Part shown: piece by piece, positions 6,906-14,002 of the stretch | Layout of the letters: every line of letters starts with the position of its first letter | How positions within the stretch are numbered: position 1 is the stretch's first letter | Origin: a virus | Strand: one strand, 5' to 3' | Length of the DNA stretch: 64,000 bases | IMG/VR virus record: IMGVR_UViG_3300018080_000139 | Span: 1-64,000 of that record | Program-made: the position numbers and the translations under genes | The notes under the pieces: model-generated | What the model was told of the DNA's origin: nothing | Seen by the model: only the letters and a program-made list of their open reading frames with translations | The model's database searches: none

Positions 6906-9564
6906 CCACCACCTCCGTGTCTCTCCAGTTAGGCCCGATCTCAACCTCAACCTCCACCGGGACAGTGATAAACTTCGGGACGTCGAGCATCTTTTCTCTG
7001 ATTATTTTGGCGACATCCATGGCTTCGGATTCGGGAGCGTCAGCCAGCATTTCGTCGTGGATGAGCCCGATTAGTTTTGCTTTCATTCCCCGACTTCGGA
7101 ATTCATCGTTGACCTTGATCGCAGAGAAGAGAGTCAAATCACTTGCGTCGGCCTGTATGCCAGCATTGACGGCCTGCCTCTCCGCCTCGCTGTAGGTCTC
7201 CCTGTTCTCGGGGTAAGCCAGGGCCACGAGGCGTCTCCGGCGTCCGAAGCTCGTGGTAATCGAAAGCGTCTCGGCCGCTTTTCGCTTCGTTTCCTCGATC
7301 CAGGAAGAGACGCCCCCGTGCTTTCGCAAAAAAACGTCCATTTTTTCCTGGGCCTCTTCCGGCGTCACCTGCCTTCCCAGCTCTGACGTGAGTTTTTTTG
7401 CGAGGGCGACGGCTTGCTGTCCATAGATGATCCCAAAGTCTATGGTCTTAGCCACGCGGCGGAGGCGATCCCTCTCGTCTTCAGGTCGCGCCAGGTACTC
7501 TTCCCTGCCCATTTCGAACATCTGCAGGAGTATGGCCGTGTGGATGTCTTCCTTGTCGCGAAATGCCTGCAGCATGTTCTCATCGCCGGATTTCATTGCG
7601 AGTATTCGGAGTTCTATTTGCGAATAGTCGGCCCGGACGATTTTACCCCCCGGGAATCGTGACTTCACGATGCTCCGTACTACCTTCATGTCGCCTTTTT
7701 TAGGAAAGTTCTGAAAATTCGGCCTTGCCGAAGAAAGCCGACCAGTCACGGTTCCACAAGGCTTTAGCTCTGGATGAGCGAGTCCATCATCACCCAGCCA
7801 GCCGGAAATCTTTTCCTCAGAGTACATCCCCAAGAGCTTGTCGACCCGGCGCACCTCGAGAATTTTCTCGAATACCGAGAGGCCCGTGGCCTCCTCGTAG
7901 GCCTTCAGAACTTCCTTGTTCGTAGAGGGAGCCCCGGTTTCGGTGTACTCGATCGGGGTAAGGCCCAGGACCTGATAGAGCAGTATCTTCATGCAATCCG
8001 TGGAGTTGACGTTGAATTCCAACGTGTCGAGCGTGATCTTGCTCTTGCGCCGCGCGTTCGCCTTGTCCTCTTTGACTTTTGTCCATCGCTTGCACGCTTC
8101 CACGGCGTGTTCGTCCCGCGCGAGATCGGACGAGGCCTTCCAGCGTTCAGCACGCAAAACCGCCTCGATCTCTTTTAGGGCCCCAAAGTCAAGGCACACT
8201 CCATTGCGTTGCACGTCGAGGAGCATTCGCAAGGCCGGCCGCATCAGGTCCTCATACACCCCGTCCTGTCCTTCGGCCTCGACCATAGGCCAAAGGACAC
8301 GCCCCACGTCGGCTGTAACCTCCGTGTCGAAAGCGTTGTAGGGGAGTAGGACATCCTCAAAAGGCAGGTCCTCGTACTGTCGATTGTTTTTCGCCACACG
8401 GCGCGACGCGAAAAACTCCTCCACTTCGTGGTCGTAGTCGATGTGCTGAGTGTACTGGTTTCCGAGCATCTTCAGCCCGTGAGTCCCTTTCTCTTCCGTC
8501 ACGGCCAGGTAATGCTCGACCATCGTGTCCCGTATCTTGTCAGCCGGGAGCCGTAACCCGGGAAACATTCCCTCGAGAAAGGCAACATCAAAAATGGAGT
8601 TGTGAAAAATCACCTCCTCCGATGTCTCCAGGACCCCCCGCAGACCGTCTTCTATCATACTTTGCACTCTCCGAGAAAGCTTGTTTTCTCGATGGCGAAG
8701 AGGGAAAATGAAGGTCGTGTTTGCCCCCTCATACTCGAAGGTGCAAGAGCAGGAGAGAACCCGGGCCCCTGGCGAGTACGGGGCCACTGTCGTCGTCTCG
8801 ACATCGACGGCGACGCGAGGGCTCGAGGATGCAACTTCGAAGACGAGATCCAAAATCCCGGGCTCATCGACGGTGACGTATTCGACGCCTGGCGGGCGGA
8901 TCTCGAGGAACCTCCGCGCAATCGTCAAGTCGACGATCACTTTTTCTTCGTTTGCCGGAGAGCGAAGAACGAAAGCGGGGTGGTATGTGACCACAACGGG
9001 GTAGGTCCGACCGTTGACGTTGATCCTCTCGATGCCCCCACGAACGTCGGAGACTGAGCGCGGGCGCCCGGTGAGCCCGTGGGCGGCGACGCCTCCAAGC
9101 GCGATTATGATGTCGGGCTTGTAGGCGTCAATCTCCGAAAGCAGAAAGCTTCTGCAATGCTTGATAGGCTTCTTGTCTGCGAGGTTGTTGTCGGGGGGGC
9201 GGCATTTCACGGCGTTCGAAAAGTATACCGTTTCGGGGTCTATTCCGGCTTCCCGGAAGAGTTGATCTTTCTTAGTCCCGGACGGCCCCGTGAATACCTG
9301 ATGGCTCTTTTCGTCCTCGTGGTATCCGGGAGCTTCCCCGACGCCCATGTATCTCCGGCCAGGCTTTGGCTCCTTCGCCGGGAGCGTGCCAAACATGAGG
9401 GGAGTCTTGCACCCCTTGAGGTACAGCCCGCACGGTTTGCAGGCCGGATCCGGCGGAGGGGCCGCTTTCTGTTTTTTTGCCTTGTCCCCCCTGGTAGCTG
9501 GTGGCGATGTCTCTGCCGCCGCCATCTTTGCTGCATCTACCAGCTCGAGATTCTCGTCTCCCAT
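6898..9564 (-). CDS. polA: family A DNA polymerase with N-terminal family-4 uracil-DNA glycosylase and 3'-5' exonuclease (SPO1-like architecture)
   Basis: UDG: GEAPG, NAVKCRP, TYHPAFVLR and Fe-S cysteines; exonuclease: DVETT, HNSIFD, YNAFD; polymerase: TGRLSS.PNFQN, ADYSQIELR (motif A), RRVAKTIDFGIIYG (B), IHDE (C). Confidence 0.95.
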   Translation of the reverse strand: MGDENLELVDAAKMAAAETSPPATRGDKAKKQKAAPPPDPACKPCGLYLKGCKTPLMFGTLPAKEPKPGRRYMGVGEAPGYHEDEKSHQVFTGPSGTKKDQLFREAGIDPETVYFSNAVKCRPPDNNLADKKPIKHCRSFLLSEIDAYKPDIIIALGGVAAHGLTGRPRSVSDVRGGIERINVNGRTYPVVVTYHPAFVLRSPANEEKVIVDLTIARRFLEIRPPGVEYVTVDEPGILDLVFEVASSSPRVAVDVETTTVAPYSPGARVLSCSCTFEYEGANTTFIFPLRHRENKLSRRVQSMIEDGLRGVLETSEEVIFHNSIFDVAFLEGMFPGLRLPADKIRDTMVEHYLAVTEEKGTHGLKMLGNQYTQHIDYDHEVEEFFASRRVAKNNRQYEDLPFEDVLLPYNAFDTEVTADVGRVLWPMVEAEGQDGVYEDLMRPALRMLLDVQRNGVCLDFGALKEIEAVLRAERWKASSDLARDEHAVEACKRWTKVKEDKANARRKSKITLDTLEFNVNSTDCMKILLYQVLGLTPIEYTETGAPSTNKEVLKAYEEATGLSVFEKILEVRRVDKLLGMYSEEKISGWLGDDGLAHPELKPCGTVTGRLSSARPNFQNFPKKGDMKVVRSIVKSRFPGGKIVRADYSQIELRILAMKSGDENMLQAFRDKEDIHTAILLQMFEMGREEYLARPEDERDRLRRVAKTIDFGIIYGQQAVALAKKLTSELGRQVTPEEAQEKMDVFLRKHGGVSSWIEETKRKAAETLSITTSFGRRRRLVALAYPENRETYSEAERQAVNAGIQADASDLTLFSAIKVNDEFRSRGMKAKLIGLIHDEMLADAPESEAMDVAKIIREKMLDVPKFITVPVEVEVEIGPNWRDTEVVDV

Positions 9565-9585
9565 ATTCTCACCCCTGAGAAAAGA

Positions 9586-9891
9586 TTAGGATTTTTTTAC
9601 GTCGGCCGCCACACGCAAATCGTTTGTTCCGGAGGCCTTCGCCTTGGCTTCTTCCCTCCGGGCTTTTTCCTTGGCTTCAGCCTCCTTCTCGCTTGCCAGG
9701 AGCTTTTTCAGATTCTCCCACCACGCGGCGCGAACGGCCTGACGCTTCTCGCATTTCCCGCGACGCCGGGCCCTCTTCACCTTGTGGGCCTGCATCTCGC
9801 CCGGGAAATGCCGGCGGAGGTTGCGCCGGCGCTTTTGTCCTTCGGACCTGGCTTTCCTCGGGCCAGACCCCTTTCGAAATTGTGTTTTCAT
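9586..9891 (-). CDS. basic (Arg/Lys-rich) hypothetical protein
   Basis: ATGA overlap with the upstream ORF; AAGGAG RBS. Confidence 0.55.
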   Translation of the reverse strand: MKTQFRKGSGPRKARSEGQKRRRNLRRHFPGEMQAHKVKRARRRGKCEKRQAVRAAWWENLKKLLASEKEAEAKEKARREEAKAKASGTNDLRVAADVKKS

Positions 9892-10247
9892 GCGTTCTCC
9901 TTCTCGACCGCGAGTAATGCGTTGAGTTTTATGATGGCTGCGTCTTGGAGTATTTTAAATTGCCTGTCGAACTCCTCCATGATTTCCCTGCTGTTAATCG
10001 CAGCCTCCAGCTCGTCGCGGCTGGCTGAAGCCGCCATTTCCGCCGCTTTCGCGGAGAAGGCCTCCCGGTTCGCATGGTGGAGCGCCGCGAAGTAACCGAT
10101 AAGCATGTTTTTAGGATCGGCGCCCATATCGGCGGCCTGGTCGATCATCTGGCTGACGAGGATCGACATTGCCACCTCGCGACAGAAAGCCAGATTCGTG
10201 ATTACGTGCAGGCCTTCGGAAAGTATCTGCTTTTGCTGGGAATGCAT
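9888..10247 (-). CDS. hypothetical helical protein
   Basis: AAGGA RBS before ATG 10247. Confidence 0.55.
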   Translation of the reverse strand: MHSQQKQILSEGLHVITNLAFCREVAMSILVSQMIDQAADMGADPKNMLIGYFAALHHANREAFSAKAAEMAASASRDELEAAINSREIMEEFDRQFKILQDAAIIKLNALLAVEKENA

Positions 10248-10261
10248 TTGAATCCTTTCTT

Positions 10262-10579
10262 TCAAAACGGAGGATCCTCCTGGTCGGGAGACTCCTCTTT
10301 GGCCCTCTCCCCCGCCTCGGTCTCGTCCTTCAGTTCCTTTATACACTTTTCGGGATCCGGAGCGACCCGGAAGTTCACTTGAACGCAATACTTCTCGTCC
10401 TCCAGCCGCTTTTTTCGCTCCTGCTCGGTCTCCGAAATGAGGACTACGTACCCGTTCAAGGATCTCCGGGGCTGAAACGAATATATTCGCCCCGGATTCG
10501 GGTTTTCCAGGAAGGCATTGAGGAGTGTCCGCAAATCCTGGGGATCTCCGGAAAGAGAGAAAATGAAATGCTCACGCAT
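10262..10579 (-). CDS. hypothetical protein with acidic C-terminal tail (...DQEDPPF)
   Basis: GAGGGG RBS before ATG 10579; SSB-like C-terminal tip. Confidence 0.55.
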   Translation of the reverse strand: MREHFIFSLSGDPQDLRTLLNAFLENPNPGRIYSFQPRRSLNGYVVLISETEQERKKRLEDEKYCVQVNFRVAPDPEKCIKELKDETEAGERAKEESPDQEDPPF

Positions 10580-10587
10580 AGATCCCC

Positions 10588-10782
10588 TCACTTCCCGCCG
10601 CAAGTTCGGCAACGGTAGGAGTGGAAGCAATTGAATAACACGAGCAAGAGCCACATTACGGCCCACAGCCCGACCGTGACGAGAGTGAGAAGCAAATGGA
10701 GGACGTGGTTGACCCCTCGCTTCTCGAATGGCCTCATCTCGCCGCAATTTTTGCATTTACGCTGTATAACCAGCACCGACAT
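10588..10782 (-). CDS. membrane-associated Zn-ribbon protein (LITAF-like)
   Basis: CKNC - NHVLHLLLTLVTVGLW hydrophobic hairpin - CRTC. Confidence 0.65.
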   Translation of the reverse strand: MSVLVIQRKCKNCGEMRPFEKRGVNHVLHLLLTLVTVGLWAVMWLLLVLFNCFHSYRCRTCGGK

Positions 10783-11032
10783 CGGTGATCTCCTTAAGTA
10801 ATCTGTGTAGATTTCGGATTCGAAACTTTTTCGTCTCGCCCGGGTTGGGGACCCCCGGGAGAGACTCCCGCGCGCCAGGCCGCCGAAAACTCGACGGCCC
10901 GGCCATCTCCCTCAGAGGTGCGGCGTTGTCGGGTTTTTGGCCTTCTGAATGGGAATCGTCAAGGCCAAACCCCGGGCCGGTGTGCGGGATTTCCACCGTG
11001 GATTCGGCCATGGCGATTTTGAGTAGTTCCAC
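10757..11032 (-). CDS. hypothetical protein
   Basis: AAGGAG RBS; in operon. Confidence 0.45.
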   Translation of the reverse strand: MELLKIAMAESTVEIPHTGPGFGLDDSHSEGQKPDNAAPLREMAGPSSFRRPGARESLPGVPNPGETKKFRIRNLHRLLKEITDVGAGYTA

Positions 11033-11034
11033 GA

Positions 11035-11259
11035 TTACTCCTTTTGGGACAAGAGTTTTCTGGCTTTCATCAGCCGGCGGGCGAAGTTGAGGGCGCTCAA
11101 GATTTCGTCGCGCCCGGCGTAATTGGCTTCTCCCATCACGGTCTCGAACACGCTGACGCGGCGTGAGAACCTGGTCACAATCTCTAGCTCGCCGGCTGTC
11201 AGAAACTTCTTCTCGTCGCCCGGGACGAGTTCCACATCGCTCTCGGGACTAGTTTTCAT
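11035..11259 (-). CDS. hypothetical protein
   Basis: tightly packed operon. Confidence 0.55.
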   Translation of the reverse strand: MKTSPESDVELVPGDEKKFLTAGELEIVTRFSRRVSVFETVMGEANYAGRDEILSALNFARRLMKARKLLSQKE

Positions 11260-11536
11260 AGAAATCCCCCAGGTCGACGGCCGTAGACGTCCCCTCTTTT
11301 CCCTTGCCGGACGCCGCGTCTATCACCATGTTTTCGATAGTGACGACAGCCACGTCGAATCCCAAACGCGCAATCATGTCGCGCGCGGCCGGTTCGGTCA
11401 CGTTGACCTTCGGGGGTACGAACAGCAAAGCGCGTTGGTCCGGTAAGAACAAAACACGGTGCCCCCGTCCCCGCAAAGCCGCCAAAAGCACCGCCAAAAC
11501 GTTTTTATTCTTCATCGGCTTTCCTTTCCCCTCCAT
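11249..11536 (-). CDS. hypothetical protein
   Basis: tightly packed operon. Confidence 0.55.
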   Translation of the reverse strand: MEGKGKPMKNKNVLAVLLAALRGRGHRVLFLPDQRALLFVPPKVNVTEPAARDMIARLGFDVAVVTIENMVIDAASGKGKEGTSTAVDLGDFYEN

Positions 11537-12368
11537 CTGTGAGGCGTTTTTGCTCGAGCCCTTGCACCTCCTCGAAAAAGCCGACCGGGAATTCGTAGTC
11601 CCGGCTTATTTCCTCCTCAGACTCGACCACAAAAAACTCCGGCTGAGCGTTCCAGCGGCGGGCCCAGTCCTCGAGGGCCTTCATCATCCGTGCCTGCATG
11701 TCGAACACGGCGGCCGGCGGCACGTCCGGCCAGCCATAAGCCACCTTTCCAATTTCGGCGACGGCCCGCTTCGAGAGGTGGTCTATTATCGCCTCCCCCG
11801 GGGGGCAAAACTCCGAAATTCCGCACAGCCGAACGCGAGCCAAAACGAAAGTCTCCCGTGTCTCGAGTACGGCCTCGACCATGGCCTGCTTTTTCGTGCG
11901 AAAAGGCCCCCTCCACTGGCCGAACTGGGGCCGGTACACCCAGCCGTAACCCACCCGGCGCTCAGGGCTGATCCCGAGCATATTTCGCAACTTCTCCCGG
12001 CAAGCCTGACGATTCGTGAAGTGGCCGAAATCGGGATCGAGCATGAGACCTAAGCGCACCAGGTCCTCGGTCGAAATCCGTCGCGTGTTTTTCCAGAAGG
12101 CCTTCAGCCGGGCCGTGTCCCCCACGATCCAGGCCTTGTAAATTTCCCGGGCTGTCGCCTCGTCGGCCTCCTTGCGCCTCTGCACTGTCGTCCGCTCCAC
12201 GAGCAGCCGCAAATTTATTCTCTGCAGCTCCGCGCGATCGCGCGGCGTGATTTTCGAGATTTCATTCGCCCGGTACTTTTTAAGTGTCCTCGCTAGCCCT
12301 TCGAGGGACGAGATCACCCGGGAAAGCTCTCTCAGGTCTTGGTGGGGCAATTCCAGGTCTTCGCTCAC
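11505..12368 (-). CDS. hypothetical protein
   Basis: GGAGG RBS; GTGA overlap with the upstream gene. Confidence 0.6.
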   Translation of the reverse strand: MSEDLELPHQDLRELSRVISSLEGLARTLKKYRANEISKITPRDRAELQRINLRLLVERTTVQRRKEADEATAREIYKAWIVGDTARLKAFWKNTRRISTEDLVRLGLMLDPDFGHFTNRQACREKLRNMLGISPERRVGYGWVYRPQFGQWRGPFRTKKQAMVEAVLETRETFVLARVRLCGISEFCPPGEAIIDHLSKRAVAEIGKVAYGWPDVPPAAVFDMQARMMKALEDWARRWNAQPEFFVVESEEEISRDYEFPVGFFEEVQGLEQKRLTDGGERKADEE

Positions 12369-13021
12369 GCCTCCCCCCTCTCCGCTCGAGATAGCATACT
12401 TCCTGCCTCGAGCAGGCTCACAGAAAAAATCTCGCTTACTGCCGTTCGGACCGTCCACCGTGAGGGCCTTTCACCCGTCCGCGCAAGCACCTCACGCACG
12501 CGCGCCAAAAGCTCCCCGCTCTCATAGATCTCGCGCAACGGCTCCCGGGAAGACTCCAAAAACTCGCAGCAACCAGGGTCCTCCACGTCGGCAAGGTCCC
12601 CCGCCGGCTGCTCCCTTTCCGCGCGGGAGCGCAAGCGAGCATAGCGCAAATTTCGGGCCGCCGTCAGAAAATACCTCTCCGGGCTGCGGGCCCTCCTGAC
12701 GCAGGGGTCGAGGAGGAGAACCCAAAGGTCTTGGCGAAAGTCCTCTCTCTCAGTCCAGGGAACATTTCCCTTCATACGGTCTATCACCATTTCCCCAAAC
12801 ATTTCCAGGCTTTTCGAGAGAGGCTCGTATTCCACTTTCGCCCCCGTTTTGCGAAAATTTATGCTGCTCGACCCTTCTTTCCTTCCGCGACGGAGGCTTG
12901 CAAGCCTCATCAACTCTACAGAGCAATCAACTCCCGATTTTCGAGCCCTGTGAATTCTGACATAGAGAGTGTTGCGTAATCGCGAAATCGAGCATTTTTC
13001 ACGATTTTTCAATTTCCTCAT
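12365..13021 (-). CDS. sigma70 region-2-like (ECF-type) phage transcription factor
   Basis: REDFRQDLWVLLL...PERYFLTAARNLRYARLRS resembles ECF sigma region 2; first gene after a consensus promoter. Confidence 0.5.
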   Translation of the reverse strand: MRKLKNREKCSISRLRNTLYVRIHRARKSGVDCSVELMRLASLRRGRKEGSSSINFRKTGAKVEYEPLSKSLEMFGEMVIDRMKGNVPWTEREDFRQDLWVLLLDPCVRRARSPERYFLTAARNLRYARLRSRAEREQPAGDLADVEDPGCCEFLESSREPLREIYESGELLARVREVLARTGERPSRWTVRTAVSEIFSVSLLEAGSMLSRAERGEA

Positions 13022-13073
13022 TCAAAGAGCCTTTCGTCGGGAGCCTAGATAATACCTATACTGACGAGAGGTC

Positions 13074-13102
13074 ATTATAGCATATCGCAAGGCGTTTGTC
13101 AA
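13074..13102 (-). promoter_or_regulatory. perfect consensus sigma70 promoter driving the left arm
   Basis: minus strand TTGACA-17 bp-TATAAT with extended -10 TG. Confidence 0.85.
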
Positions 13103-13270
13103 CTGCAAAATGCCATTCTCGGGGTCAAACAATCCCTTCCCCCGGACCCACTCACCCCTCTGAAACCCCCGAAAATAGGCTGAAACAGACTCACATTAAA
13201 CTTTTCTCCGCACCAAAACCGAAAATGCTAAGCCAAGGCTTGTATGCTATAAAGACATACAAGCCAAAGC

Positions 13271-13468
13271 GACTAAAGAGATAAGCTACTCTAAACGTAG
13301 AATCCTTTCGTAGAGAAGAGTAAGAAGACTTTCTCTACGAGAAAGTCTTCGTGCTTAATGAGTAAGAGTACAAAAGTACTCTTGCGAATATGCTCTTTAG
13401 TCCGCGTTATAGGCCTTATAGCTTAAGCTTTATAGCTAGTATTATTTCCTCTACGAGGAAATAATACT
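13271..13468. repeat. cluster of perfect inverted repeats in the AT-rich divergence region (candidate origin or cruciform site)
   Basis: GAAGACTTTCTC-TAC-GAGAAAGTCTTC (13324-13350); AGTATTATTTCCTC-TAC-GAGGAAATAATACT (13438-13468); AAGAGTAC-AAAA-GTACTCTT; GACTAAAGAG/CTCTTTAGTC. Confidence 0.8.
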
Positions 13469-13879
13469 TACAGCAAAAGGTATGCCACTTTTAAAAGCCA
13501 AATCATATGGTGATATTTAGCTTTTGATGCCAGGAAGGCTTTCTGCGCTAACTTCAATAACTTTATCAAGATAGGAAAATTTTTGGCTTCATCGAGACAA
13601 ATATGTCTCGATTTTGGAGGGAAGAACTCGACGGGCTGACGCCCATCGAGTCCACGACTTTCTGGTTCGTGGGAACTCACTGGCGGCGTCTTTCCCCCTT
13701 CCCAAAAATTTCCTGCTTGAACTCCCAAGCTGAAAGGCTTTATCGCAATTGGAGCGTCCTGGCGTGGAGCTTCCAGGCAAATTTTTTTGAAAAAGCTTGT
13801 TGTCTTGGAAGGCTTTAGAGCGTTCGTTTGCAAGACGTCCTCTTTGCCGAACCTCCTAAAGCATTGATAGAGAAAGAGC

Positions 13880-13918
13880 TTTACTTTTTTGCTTTCGTGC
13901 GTATAATTTGAGTATGCT
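13880..13918 (+). promoter_or_regulatory. putative sigma70 promoter for the right arm
   Basis: TTTACT-16-TATAAT (13880-13907) or TTGCTT-18-TATGCT. Confidence 0.45.
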
Positions 13919-14002
13919 AGCTGTTCTGTCATAAAAGAGAATTACGAAAACGCCGAGGAGGCAAGGAGAAAGCCACCTGGCGTCCTCATGAGGAGTGAAA
14001 GC

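Noticed and set aside
13096-13932. Short ORFs in the AT-rich divergence region
   Set aside because: No RBS, atypical composition, overlap promoters and inverted repeats; more likely non-coding
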